Positions 17,370 to 27,900 of a DNA stretch of 53,939 bases are shown here, one piece after another; position 1 is the first letter of the stretch; every line of letters starts with the position of its first letter. Source of the DNA: a virus (taxonomy: Duplodnaviria > Caudoviricetes); IMG/VR virus record IMGVR_UViG_3300037311_000136, positions 1-53,939 of that record, one strand, 5' to 3'. The notes under the pieces were generated by a model. The model did no database searches. It was not told where the DNA came from and worked only from the letters and a program-made list of their open reading frames with translations. Position numbers and translations under genes: made by a program.

Positions 17370-18812
17370 CTACATTCCTTTCGGAGCTTTTCCTAATTCA
17401 CGCGCTTTTTCTTTGCCGGCAGGCGACAACTTATTAAACGCATCTACCGAAAGAATACCGGTTGTTGAAACAGCTGACGATTTTTCCTGCACTTTTTCTT
17501 TTGCAATGCCAGGCAACTCGGCGCTGGCCGCTGTGGGTTCGCGTGTTTGCTGCTGCGGGGCAGGTTCGCGGAGCAAGGCTTCTGCTTCTTTACGCCGCTT
17601 GCTTACTAATCGGTTCATTTGTTGCAAAACTTTAGCTTCGTCTACGTCGTCGCTAAGCCCGCTTCCAAAGAACTTCTTTTCATAAATCTCTTCTTTTGGA
17701 ACACCGGCTTCTTCTAATTTTGACGCAAAGCCTTGTAACGCTACGGCCCTGTCTTTTGATTTAAGTTTAGGTAGTTGCCCAAGTTCTTTTTCAAGGCCTT
17801 TGGCTTCGTCCTCTTTAAGGCCCGCAAGTGCTTTAGCGGCCTGGATTCTAGAAGCGCCCGTACCTTCCCGTGCCGCAATTCGAGTACGTTCGGCATCCAT
17901 TTCCGCTTCTGTAAGTCTTTGCTGGCTGCCCGCGGTAAACTTACTAGCTTCTGTTTTTAGTTCCGCAATTTTTTCCTGGCGACGCTGTTCTTCCGCGGTT
18001 TGCGAACGTGTACTGCCTAGCCTGTCTTTGGCAAGCGATGCGGCAAGCCCACTTTCGGTTTCCACTTCGGATAGTTTTCCGCGACGAGTAGTTTCTGCCC
18101 TGCCTAGTTTTTCTTCTTGTGTTTTTGAGTCTAGCGCTGCAACAGTTCCAAGTACTTCTTTTTGTTCTGAAAGTCTATCAGTAATGTCTTTAAAATTTGC
18201 GGCCCAATCGGCTTTGTTAAACTTAAGTCCGCTCATATCTACGCCTGTAGCAAGTCCTGTGCGGGCGGCAGCCAATTGCGTTAATGCCTGACCAAATGTT
18301 TCGGCTAGTTGGGCAGCCTGTGTGTATACGCGTTGTTTATCGGCAGCAGTTTTGGCTTCTTTAATGCCGGCCTTGTAGTCTTCTCGTACCTGACTTAGCG
18401 CGTCTGAAATTGTGTTATATTCGGCGCTAAACGCCTTTTCTGCCGCGGATGTCTTTTCTCCGCGTGTTTTAAAAATATCGCTAAGTTCTTTTTCGTACGT
18501 TTTAAAACTGTTGTCCGTAACCTTCTTAGGTAATACCGGTTCGTAAGACGCTGGTTTTACTTCTTTAGTTGCTGCGCCTATTTCCTCCGTTAACGTGCCG
18601 GAACCGCTACGCGTGGAGCTGGCTAGGGGCAAGCCCTGCTCTTGTTGCTCTTGAGTTTGTGGAACCGACTGTGTTTCAGAGTCATTAAGCGCACTATAGC
18701 CAAGGCCGCCGGCTAGTGCTGCCCCTGTTCCTACTGCCGCGGCGGTTTTAGGTTTTTTAGTAAATGGGGCCGTAGCCTTACTTAGTAACTTAGGTGTAAT
18801 ACGACTTCCCAT
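17370..18812 (-). CDS. Internal virion/ejection protein
   Basis: GGAGG RBS before ATG 18812; N-terminal hydrophobic helix, long coiled coil. Confidence 0.55.
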   Translation of the reverse strand: MGSRITPKLLSKATAPFTKKPKTAAAVGTGAALAGGLGYSALNDSETQSVPQTQEQQEQGLPLASSTRSGSGTLTEEIGAATKEVKPASYEPVLPKKVTDNSFKTYEKELSDIFKTRGEKTSAAEKAFSAEYNTISDALSQVREDYKAGIKEAKTAADKQRVYTQAAQLAETFGQALTQLAAARTGLATGVDMSGLKFNKADWAANFKDITDRLSEQKEVLGTVAALDSKTQEEKLGRAETTRRGKLSEVETESGLAASLAKDRLGSTRSQTAEEQRRQEKIAELKTEASKFTAGSQQRLTEAEMDAERTRIAAREGTGASRIQAAKALAGLKEDEAKGLEKELGQLPKLKSKDRAVALQGFASKLEEAGVPKEEIYEKKFFGSGLSDDVDEAKVLQQMNRLVSKRRKEAEALLREPAPQQQTREPTAASAELPGIAKEKVQEKSSAVSTTGILSVDAFNKLSPAGKEKARELGKAPKGM

Positions 18813-18813
18813 G

Positions 18814-19809
18814 TTATCCTCCTGCAAATCCGCCAAGTGCTCCACCCATGCTTCCGCCGGCACTTACACCGGCCATTACAAGCGGTGCTGCAGCGCCTCC
18901 GGTAGCTGCAACTGCACCTCCACCAAGTATCATACCGCCAATAGTAAACAGTGCTCGACTTGCTGCCGCACGGTTGCGCGCATCTGCAGCTTCTTTAGCC
19001 ATACGCGCTTCAAGTGCTGCGCGGGCTTTTGCAAGCTCCAGCGTTACGTCATCAATCGCTTTTTGATTAAGCAATCGGTTTTCATTGATAATAGACGAAG
19101 ATGCCAGCTGCGCCTTACTTTGTGTCCTAGCTATATCTAATTTTGTTTTGCTAGAAGACTCGGCTTTAAATAAACGAACGGCTTGAGAATCTTCTAAGTC
19201 TCGCGCAGAAGACTCTTGCCTCATTGCGGTTTGAATCTTGGCGCTGGCCATTTTAAGCATGGCCATTTTTTTGCGCGACGCATTTTGTATGGCCTGTTGG
19301 TAGTCCGCCATTTCTTCGCGAGTACGTGCTTTAGTTAATGTCCAGTCTAGAAGTTGCCGCTCATTCCACTGTGTGCGGCCCAGCTCGTCTCGGTTAAATT
19401 TCATCTGGTCAGCGTACAGACGTTGCTGTAATCCCTGCCCAAGACTAGACAGCTGCTGCTGAAAGTTGTTTTGTAGCTTTTCAACTGCGGAGGCTTTTTC
19501 GCTTAGAGATAGTTTACGCGCAGCTTCGGCCTGTTGCTGAGCCATGCCGGCTAGAGGGGCTACGGCTTGTGCCTGAGATTGCGCAGTTTCGGCTGCAATT
19601 TGGCCGCGTTCTGCTGCCGCCTGGCCCCCTGCCTTTTGTAGGGTTGCAAGAGTCGGCGCCTGTCCCGGCGTCTGAAGAGCTGCGCCCAACTGCGCCTGCT
19701 GGTTAATGGTTGCGGCGGCCTGCTGGGCCTGGCCCAGTCCGCGAGTCGATGCGCGTGCGGCGTCTGCAAGTCCTTGAATTGCCGCCTGTTGTGGCGAACG
19801 AAGTCCCAT
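18814..19809 (-). CDS. Internal virion/ejection protein
   Basis: Q/A-rich helices with C-terminal glycine zipper; AGGAG RBS. Confidence 0.55.
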   Translation of the reverse strand: MGLRSPQQAAIQGLADAARASTRGLGQAQQAAATINQQAQLGAALQTPGQAPTLATLQKAGGQAAAERGQIAAETAQSQAQAVAPLAGMAQQQAEAARKLSLSEKASAVEKLQNNFQQQLSSLGQGLQQRLYADQMKFNRDELGRTQWNERQLLDWTLTKARTREEMADYQQAIQNASRKKMAMLKMASAKIQTAMRQESSARDLEDSQAVRLFKAESSSKTKLDIARTQSKAQLASSSIINENRLLNQKAIDDVTLELAKARAALEARMAKEAADARNRAAASRALFTIGGMILGGGAVAATGGAAAPLVMAGVSAGGSMGGALGGFAGG

Positions 19810-19848
19810 TGCGGCTCCTGTAAGCAAGTGTGTAGTATGGGTACTGTA

Positions 19849-20211
19849 TCACGTAGTTATAAGTTTAGCAACTGCCCGAAGTTTTTCTATTTGCAGTTCA
19901 ACAGACTCTTGGGAGAAGGCGGGCGCGTTTAGCCGCGCAACCGGCGAGGGCATTGGAAACAGTACATACTGCGTAGCTAGGCCGGAAAGTTTGTAAGACT
20001 TCCATGCGTTAGTACCTAATAATACTAACAAATTACACGACTCAACTTCTTTGTCTAGGCTGTACGTGGGCTTTGGGCAGTGCGCAAGGACAGCAAAAGT
20101 ATTGGGGGACAGTGAAGGATTATTAGCTGCCGTTAGCCAGCGCCGAAACTCGATGCCGGCCTGACTATTCCAAAAGGTTGGCGGGCCGGAAGAAACTAGC
20201 GCAACTTTCAC
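19849..20211 (-). CDS. Minimal, degenerate uracil-DNA-glycosylase-fold protein
   Basis: VALVSSGP, FWNSQAG..FRRWL, LVLLGTNA, FPMPSP parallel the UDG-superfamily motifs. Confidence 0.5.
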   Translation of the reverse strand: MKVALVSSGPPTFWNSQAGIEFRRWLTAANNPSLSPNTFAVLAHCPKPTYSLDKEVESCNLLVLLGTNAWKSYKLSGLATQYVLFPMPSPVARLNAPAFSQESVELQIEKLRAVAKLITT

Positions 20212-21191
20212 TCAGTAGCTCCTTTGGTAGGGGCCGCTTCTTCTGCTGCTTTAAGCCTCTCCTCCTGGTCTGCGGCTTTTTTAGCGTCAACCAGTTTACT
20301 GGCCCCGCTAGCAGTAGCCGAAATAATTGCTGCCACGCTTTCGTATTTACTTGTTGTGTTGGCGGCTTGTGCGGCTTGCCGGGCATCGGCAATAGACTGC
20401 GCATTTCTAAACGCGGCCATTTCTTTTGTCGATGTAATTGACTGTTGCGTTGAGCGATTTTGGAAATCAACGGCCTGGGTTGTGCGTTGCTGCAAGGCAT
20501 CCAAGTCAATCCCGGCCACTTGAATTGCAAAATCTAAATCCATGCCTTGTAGTAGTACTTCAAACTTGCGCTCGTCCGCCTTTAGTAGTTCTTCAAATAA
20601 CAGGCTGTTTTTTAGTGTCTGTTCTTCGTCGCGGAGAATAGTGCGGGTAAACTCTTCTTCAAAGTCAGCGGCAGAGTTAATACGTGCGCGGGCGCCTTCA
20701 TTCTGCAGCTTTTCTACGTACTGGTCATTGGCTAGCCGGGCGTAAAACCCTGCCTGCTCTACAACGGCCTTGTCTTTTTGAAAGTCTAATTCTCCCTGCT
20801 GCATGCCCGACTTAGACAAAAGTTCGGACGCGCGCGATAGATACTCTTGCTGCGTGTTAAGTGCCCGCTCGTCTAGCTGTTTTGTTGCTTGGGAAAACAC
20901 CTTTGCTTGAATTTCTTCTTCGAGTTTTGCGCCCTGCGCTGCGGTTTGTAACTTTTGCTGCGTCTGTTGCACTTGCTGCTGGGCTAGGTTTTCTGCTACT
21001 TGCTCCTGGATATTTGATACGCGCGAGGGGCCAAGTCCCGTACCACTGCCGACTGCGCGACCAGACGCTGCGGAAGTAGCTGTTTGAACAGCGGCCTGTG
21101 TCGCATTGCCGGTCCCAACAGGCTCCTTTTGAAGTTGGGTTGCGGTATTTTGAAACAGCGTTTCTGCTAGTGAAGGTTTGCGTGCGCCCAT
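20208..21191 (-). CDS. Internal virion/ejection protein
   Basis: Q/A/E-rich coiled coil in the ejection cluster. Confidence 0.5.
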   Translation of the reverse strand: MGARKPSLAETLFQNTATQLQKEPVGTGNATQAAVQTATSAASGRAVGSGTGLGPSRVSNIQEQVAENLAQQQVQQTQQKLQTAAQGAKLEEEIQAKVFSQATKQLDERALNTQQEYLSRASELLSKSGMQQGELDFQKDKAVVEQAGFYARLANDQYVEKLQNEGARARINSAADFEEEFTRTILRDEEQTLKNSLLFEELLKADERKFEVLLQGMDLDFAIQVAGIDLDALQQRTTQAVDFQNRSTQQSITSTKEMAAFRNAQSIADARQAAQAANTTSKYESVAAIISATASGASKLVDAKKAADQEERLKAAEEAAPTKGATE

Positions 21192-23716
21192 TATCTTAAC
21201 CTTTGCATAAATTGCCAGTCGTTACCAAGATTAAACAGCATCTGAAGTTCCTCGTTAGACGGGGGCCGATTTGCATTACTTAGCGCCATAATAAAGTTAA
21301 TGTTGTTGCGTTCTTGACTGCCTAAAGGAAACCGTTTACTTTGTTCCCGGTTATTGAAGCGACGAAATTGAGATGCCCAGTAATTCGTCGTACCTTGCCA
21401 CTTGTTACGTGTTACTTCTAACGCGTTGCTTGGCAGTCCCCCTACAGCAATTTGATTTTGTATTTCCTCTACCGGCATGCTGCCACTGTCTGCTTTGCCT
21501 GCGGCCATATTACGAGAGTATTCTAAGACCCGCTCCGCTGCTGGGCGTAGGCGTTCGTCATTTTTAGCGGCATCAGCAAAGCGTTTGTAATCTGCCGAAC
21601 TAAGTAATGTTTGTCCATCGCGGTTTAATAGGTTTTGCAATTCAACGGAAACAGTGCCGTAAACACGGTCACGTTCTAATTGCGCTTCTGTTTCGCGCGC
21701 CTGTTGTTGAACACGCGCCTCGGTTTCTGCCTGAATCCGCTTGAGTTCGGCTTCTTGTGCAAGTTTGGCCTGTCGTAGTTTTTCTTCGGCGGCCTTAGCT
21801 TTTTCTTCGGCTTCTTTTATACGCTGTGCTTCTGCTTCTTTTGTCCGAAGCTGCTGAGCATTGTTCAACACGGCTGGCAGTTCGCGGACAAGCGCGAGAT
21901 TTTTGTTGGATTCTAGGCCTATACTTGAAACTTGTGCAAGTGCGGTTGTATAGGAAGCGTCGTTGTCCATGCTGTCAAATAGTAGCTTGGCCGCGTCCCG
22001 TAGCTCTGGCTTAACAAACTTTAGAATCTCCTGCCGTTCCTGCGGAGTTTCATTTTTAAATCGCTCAACTTCCGACAGCTTTCCGCCGGATATAGTGTTA
22101 AATGTGGTTTTGGCCTGGGGCAGTGTGTCCTTTGGAAGGTACTGCGCGTTGCTTCTAAACTCGTCATCCCGCAAGTTTTTTATTACAGGAATTTCAGATA
22201 GTTCATTTACAAAAATTCCTGCATCGCGAAGGTTGCTAATGTCCATATTAGCGTAGGCGCGGGCTGTAGACGGGGCACGCTTAACCAGTTCTTGCATTAC
22301 GGCGTCAAGCTGAGCCTGCTGCGGGCCATTTAAGTTTTTGCGAATAGCCAGGTAGTTTGGTATTTCTGCAATTTGGCCGGAGGTTGCGGGAGCCTTAGCG
22401 TATTCGGGAAGAAGAAAGGCTAGTACATCCGCAGGTGGATTGCCTACTAGTTCTTTGTTAGTTCTAAATACTCGGTTTGCTTCGGCAATTTGCGCACGAA
22501 GTGGTTCAACCAGGGCACTTACGCCAATAGCGTTTTTTTCAATCCACTCTGCAAATGGGCGGGAGCGCTCGTCTGTTTTAAGTTTGTTAAGGACTTCGGG
22601 TTTTTGTAGAGCGTCGTTTACAACGGCCAAAAGGTTGGCGTCGGAAACTATTTCAGAAACGGGCACAGCTGCGCCGTTTGGTAACGTGACTGTGTCCCCG
22701 TCCTGCATCTGCTGCTGAATGTTATTAAGTTTTTCTTCTTGGGCGCGGCGGCCAATTAGCCCGAAGCTGCGGAGTTGGGCGCGGGCGTCTTCCCGTACCG
22801 ACGGCGGCAGGAGTGCGTTGTTGGCTGTGTTGGTTAGCCGTTCGGTGTTAAGGTATTTAGTTTGCCGTACTTCTTCAACACGGACTTTAACATCTTCCCA
22901 GTTAAGGGCGCGAAGGCCATCCACTGTTAGGCCAAGCGTATTGGCGGCAGAAACGGAGTCCGTAAACCCCAGGGAGCGCCAGTCATCATCTGACAACTTG
23001 GCCATTGGAAAGCCGCGGGCCAGTGCTTTTGACGAATCAAGTTTTTGTATTAGTTCAGACGGAGTTGGGGCCTGGAAAAATTGCGCCAGTTCTTCTGCGC
23101 CGGTAAACGGCCTGTCTGGAGTTCCCACTGTCCCTGATAACTGTCTTAGCGCTACTTGTTTTTCGGCGTCTGTAGCCGCCGGGTTTGCCAAAGTTGCTAG
23201 GTTGCTTCTGGCCTGCTGCAAGTTTTGTTCGTATTGCGGGCTATTCCTGTCTAGGCGGGCCTTTAATACGTCCTCTTTTACACTAAGCGAAGACGTAGGC
23301 AAAGCCGTAGTAAGCGTGCCGAAAGTTTCGCTAAGTGACTCTTGCGCCTTGCGGGCAATAGCCTCGTCCGCGCGTGCAAATTGTCCGAGTGCGTCTGCTT
23401 CTGCGTCGCGTTCGCCGGAGACTGTGCCGGAGCCCTGTTGTCTGGCGGCGCGGAGTGTGTCCTGCGATTCCACGGCGCGGCGAGTAGCTGCTTTTTGCTG
23501 GGCCGGAGTTCCCGTCATCTTGGCGGCATCTGGAGATGCGCCGGCCACTGCGGCTTCTGCTGGGGTATTTGGGGAAGGCTGTCCTTGATTAAGCAACTCG
23601 GCCAATGTTTGGCCTGTGGTGTTGGAGGTTGCAAGCATGCCCTGAGACTTGACGAGCTGGTCGCCTTGCCTAATCTGTCGGCCGGTTTGGCCTGTCGATT
23701 TTATACGTTGTCCCAT
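21191..23716 (-). CDS. Internal virion/ejection protein
   Basis: 841 aa, alpha-helical, downstream of tail genes. Confidence 0.5.
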   Translation of the reverse strand: MGQRIKSTGQTGRQIRQGDQLVKSQGMLATSNTTGQTLAELLNQGQPSPNTPAEAAVAGASPDAAKMTGTPAQQKAATRRAVESQDTLRAARQQGSGTVSGERDAEADALGQFARADEAIARKAQESLSETFGTLTTALPTSSLSVKEDVLKARLDRNSPQYEQNLQQARSNLATLANPAATDAEKQVALRQLSGTVGTPDRPFTGAEELAQFFQAPTPSELIQKLDSSKALARGFPMAKLSDDDWRSLGFTDSVSAANTLGLTVDGLRALNWEDVKVRVEEVRQTKYLNTERLTNTANNALLPPSVREDARAQLRSFGLIGRRAQEEKLNNIQQQMQDGDTVTLPNGAAVPVSEIVSDANLLAVVNDALQKPEVLNKLKTDERSRPFAEWIEKNAIGVSALVEPLRAQIAEANRVFRTNKELVGNPPADVLAFLLPEYAKAPATSGQIAEIPNYLAIRKNLNGPQQAQLDAVMQELVKRAPSTARAYANMDISNLRDAGIFVNELSEIPVIKNLRDDEFRSNAQYLPKDTLPQAKTTFNTISGGKLSEVERFKNETPQERQEILKFVKPELRDAAKLLFDSMDNDASYTTALAQVSSIGLESNKNLALVRELPAVLNNAQQLRTKEAEAQRIKEAEEKAKAAEEKLRQAKLAQEAELKRIQAETEARVQQQARETEAQLERDRVYGTVSVELQNLLNRDGQTLLSSADYKRFADAAKNDERLRPAAERVLEYSRNMAAGKADSGSMPVEEIQNQIAVGGLPSNALEVTRNKWQGTTNYWASQFRRFNNREQSKRFPLGSQERNNINFIMALSNANRPPSNEELQMLFNLGNDWQFMQRLR

Positions 23717-23764
23717 CGGCTAGCAACCCCCTGTTGTATCTGTAACACACATTTTGGCGGCCGT

Positions 23765-23986
23765 CTATTGGAAGTTAAAGATGTTTTCCGGCTCGGGCTG
23801 GCCCGGTTTCCAGGTACATAGCTTGGTTGCGTCCGTAATAGACAGAGGAATTCCAATGTCTTGAACAAGTTCGGGTTTAAACTCAACAACAAACCCGCGG
23901 TATGCCGGCACCTTGACGGTTATGACGCCGCTTACATACTGATGTTTTACTTTGTCAAGTTTTCGTACGTAACGTAAATTAGACAT
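23765..23986 (-). CDS. Hypothetical protein
   Basis: ATG 23986 coupled to the upstream stop (TAATG). Confidence 0.5.
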   Translation of the reverse strand: MSNLRYVRKLDKVKHQYVSGVITVKVPAYRGFVVEFKPELVQDIGIPLSITDATKLCTWKPGQPEPENIFNFQ

Positions 23987-24987
23987 TAAGGCACCAGTGT
24001 TGAAAAGTTTGCGGGGGACATTCCAATCATTTCTATAGTACTTGGGCCGGCTACGTCGGGAATTAATGGATAAATAGCACCGTCGCCCATTCTCCACCAG
24101 GAAATAATGTTGGTGTTATAAAAAGCAAGGGATGCAAGGTTGCCCGGAGTTCCGCTATTGTAAATAGCAGTGTTTTGAGTGCCGGACAGGGCCGTGTTCC
24201 AAATACTCACTTCATCCATGTAGCCAAACAGTGTATTGCCGCCTGCGGAATTTGAGCCAATATCAAAGGGCTGTGCTGCGGGGTTTGTTGTTAGTGTATT
24301 GATGTTTGTTGTTAGTCCTTGCGCCGAGTCATTTACTCGAATAACAACGCCGCCGGGAGTTGAGCTGCCGTTGTACGTAACACTAATATGATACCACATG
24401 TTAGTTGCTATTGCTGGGGCCGTTGTAGTTACACGTAGTTGGCTAGAGCCGCTGCTTGAAATATCAAATGTAATTGTGCCGCCAGCATTGTGCCATAACG
24501 CCCAGCCTGCAGCCGTTCCTGTATTAACTTTTGTCCCTGCAAAAAATCCCACTGTTAACAGGCTGGTGGCACGAAACCAGCCCGACAGTGTAAAAGAATT
24601 TGTGCGCAAAAAATTAAACGGATGTTGCGCTCCTGTTAGTAAACTTAGTCTATTGCTTGTTAAGGTTTGTACTACTGAAGTGTTGTTTACAAAAGCAGGC
24701 ACTAATCCGGGAAAGTAAGTTGCTCGGCTGTTCCAAATAAGCGCATCAAGCCGAACATTTGCCACCAACGCCTGGGTTGCGGTAATGTTTCCGCTTCCTG
24801 CAGTAGCCGCAATAGCCCAAATATTCCATACTGCTGCTGAGTTAGCTGCATTTGGTACATCTGAAGAACCGACGTAGGTAATACCGTTTTCTGTAGCCAT
24901 CCGCCAACTTTTAGACGCCGGATACCTAGCAAGTATACCGGGAAGCCAACTGTCTAAGAATTCCGTAATGGAGTAGGTTGTGCTCAT
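23986..24987 (-). CDS. LamG/concanavalin A-like domain virion protein
   Basis: FTLSGWF, WYHISVTYNG, GYMDEVSIWNTALS, ISWWRMGD; AAGGAG RBS before ATG 24987. Confidence 0.85.
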   Translation of the reverse strand: MSTTYSITEFLDSWLPGILARYPASKSWRMATENGITYVGSSDVPNAANSAAVWNIWAIAATAGSGNITATQALVANVRLDALIWNSRATYFPGLVPAFVNNTSVVQTLTSNRLSLLTGAQHPFNFLRTNSFTLSGWFRATSLLTVGFFAGTKVNTGTAAGWALWHNAGGTITFDISSSGSSQLRVTTTAPAIATNMWYHISVTYNGSSTPGGVVIRVNDSAQGLTTNINTLTTNPAAQPFDIGSNSAGGNTLFGYMDEVSIWNTALSGTQNTAIYNSGTPGNLASLAFYNTNIISWWRMGDGAIYPLIPDVAGPSTIEMIGMSPANFSTLVP

Positions 24988-24991
24988 TGAC

Positions 24992-27900
24992 TTACTCCTT
25001 TCCGGTAGTTTGTGCGGCCTGTTTAACACCCTTGGCTGTAAGGGCAACTACTTGATATGTTACGGCGGATAGCTGCAAGTCTTCGCGTACGCGCGCATCA
25101 AAGAGCCGCACTTGGAATGCAGTTGCCTTTCGGTTGCGCACCGTAAATCGGACAGTGTCTAGGACAACATTGTTTTTGTCGCCCAATCCGCTTTGGTTAT
25201 TTTGTGGCGTGCGGATTTCGGCCTTGTCGGTGTCAACCCACTGTCTGGTGTTATCATTTGCCGTTTGAACCGTCAAGCCCAGTATGTTGGTGGTGGGGAC
25301 GCGGAACCTTAAGGATAGGCTCGATAGCAGCTTGCGAATGCCCGGAGCGCCGAAGTCCATAATCCGGAAAGTAACCGCCCGTTCGAAGGCCTCGCCGCGG
25401 GGCCCTTGATAATCAAAGGAGGTATTTGCGTTTCTAAACTGAACTACGTCGCCATTGGGCAGGCTGTAGACGGATTTAGTTCCCGCCTGGTTTACTGCCA
25501 TGCCAAAATCAACGCCTGTAAAAATTGCCCACGAGCCGATGCCGTTTGCGTCTAAATACTCGCGCGCGTAGTTGTACGTTAGCTGGACGCGAGTGCCGTC
25601 TTTTTTGTACGCCGATAGTTGGTACTGCGAACTGCGCAAAGCGTTGTGGGCAGTGAACTCTGCAATGCGAGAAGTGTCTAACTCGTCCCAGAATCTGCCC
25701 AGCCGTTGGCCTACGTTTCTAAACTGCATGTCTTGGTTTATCTGGTATACGCCCGATGCGTCGCAGAATGTTGTTCCGTTTTTGGTACTTACAACTGTAT
25801 GCGGAGCCTGACAGCCGCGGCCTTGAGTTTCAAGGCGTTGTACGGCATTTCGTCCGGCGGCTTTTTCATTTAAATCTACAAGGTATGCTGATTGTTGTTT
25901 GAGCACTAGGAGCGCCGCTGCGCGTGCCGATGCCGTAAAAGCGGACTCGCCAAAGAACGGAATCATGCCGGTAATTGTTTGCCCGTCGCCCGGAGCCACA
26001 TCAATTGCAGATTGGGACAGTGAATCAATTTCAACAAAAGGTGCGTCAAACACTTCCGGAGTATTGGCATAAGACGCAAGTATGCGCGAACCGTATGCTA
26101 GCGTTTGGAATGGTATGTCTGTAGACACGGGAGCAATTGCGCCAAAAGAAAACCAACGCCCATTTGTAACATTTGCTAAAAACACGGCGGGGGTTGTATT
26201 TGCCCACTCCGGCCGCTCAATAATAATCTGCGCAGTAGACTGATACCCGCCGGCTTGCGCCGATAGCCAGGGGCCCAGCGTAAATGGGTTTACTGGGGTA
26301 AATGTAGGATAGAGCCGCTGATGTGCGTTAATGGCCAAGGCTAAACGGTATACTGCAATGTTGCGCACGTCAGTAGACAACGCTTGCCCCGAAACGGTTG
26401 CAAAGTTGCCGTCTATGCCAGCCCATACAGGAACGTTGCGCGTGTTAACTGCAGCAACACTCATGCGGTTTACAACAGTTCCTGTAACGCTGGCCGGAAC
26501 ACTTGGCCAGTTTACGGTAAATGTTGTGGGCGTAGGCGCAGTTGCAACTAGCCACCAGCCAGCAAATTGTAAATTGTTGTTTGGCGCTACAGCCGAGTGA
26601 AACAGGTATACCCACGAGTTTGCAGCTAGTCCATGTGCAACGGCTGAGGTAACTGTAAAAGTGCCTGCGCCAACTGTAATACTATTTACCGTAATTTCGT
26701 TCTGTGTGCGAAACTCAAACGCTTGGTAGTTTATATTGTCAGAAGATGCAACTGTAGAGGTGATGTCGCGTTTAAATGCAATTACAGCACTGTTTAGGTT
26801 TGCGGCCGTTACAGGGTTGCTGCCGGAAGGTTGCAATACTAGGTTTTGAGAAGACTTACTTTCAAAGTTCCCAAGTACTAACTTAGAGCCAATTTGTGTC
26901 ATTTCTTTTGCAGGCAGCGGCCCAGTCCAGGCTGGAGCAAGTTCGGCGCCCGTACGGCCTTCAACAAAAGAATCCCTGTCTGTATCGGAAAACTCATTAT
27001 CGGCGCGCGTGTCTGTAAACAGGATGTAGCCGTCTTGGTTTACAAAGGACAGCGGTAGCGTAACTACTCGATAAAATGGTGCAGCCTGCCCCGCAAGTGT
27101 GCGGAATATTGAAATTTGATAGGAGTTCCAATCGCGGAATCCAAATAACGGCAGACTTGTTAGTTTAATTTGTACGTTTGATGCCTGCGCAAATTGCAGG
27201 ACAGAGTCTCTATCGCCAAAGGTTGCGCCCGATGCAACTACTCCGTTTTCGTCAATGTATTCAATGCGGAAGTAATAGCGGTAAATTAGTGTCGGGGTAA
27301 TAGTTGTTGGCACTCCGACAATTACGGCATCAACAAATACTTCGTCGTTGGATGCATTAATGCTTGTGATTGTTAAGACTTGTCCAGTGCTGGTTGTAAT
27401 ACTTTGGCCAGCAGCAAAGAATCCCGCTTCCCCGGGAGCAAGCGTAAACTTTGCGCCTACTAAAGATGCAACAGTTGCTACAGGATTACCAGAACCAATA
27501 TTGCCAGTTCCCGAGTTAATAACAGAGAAGAAGGCCTGGGGCATCCAGTTAGGAACGCCGGAAGTCATGACGTTTATGCCGTCAAACTTTAGTGGCGTTT
27601 CTTGGCCATTTGACAAATACTCGCTTTCGGATAAAGATACGGAGCGGGAATATGGTTCGCGAAGAACGCGGGGTGCTTGTTCCAGTTGCGGAGTAAAATC
27701 TAGTGCAGCTGCCGCAGTACTGCTTGGGATTGTAGCAGGAACAAACGCGCCGTTGTCGGCAAGTGTCATTTGCAAAGTTGGGACATTATATGAGTTTATA
27801 TTAAAGTCGTCGTTGCACGTGTCTAGCACATAGGGAACTATTGTGGCCGGTTGAGCCGTCATTTCTTTATTGGGGCCGGTAGCCGACGTTATAACTAGTT

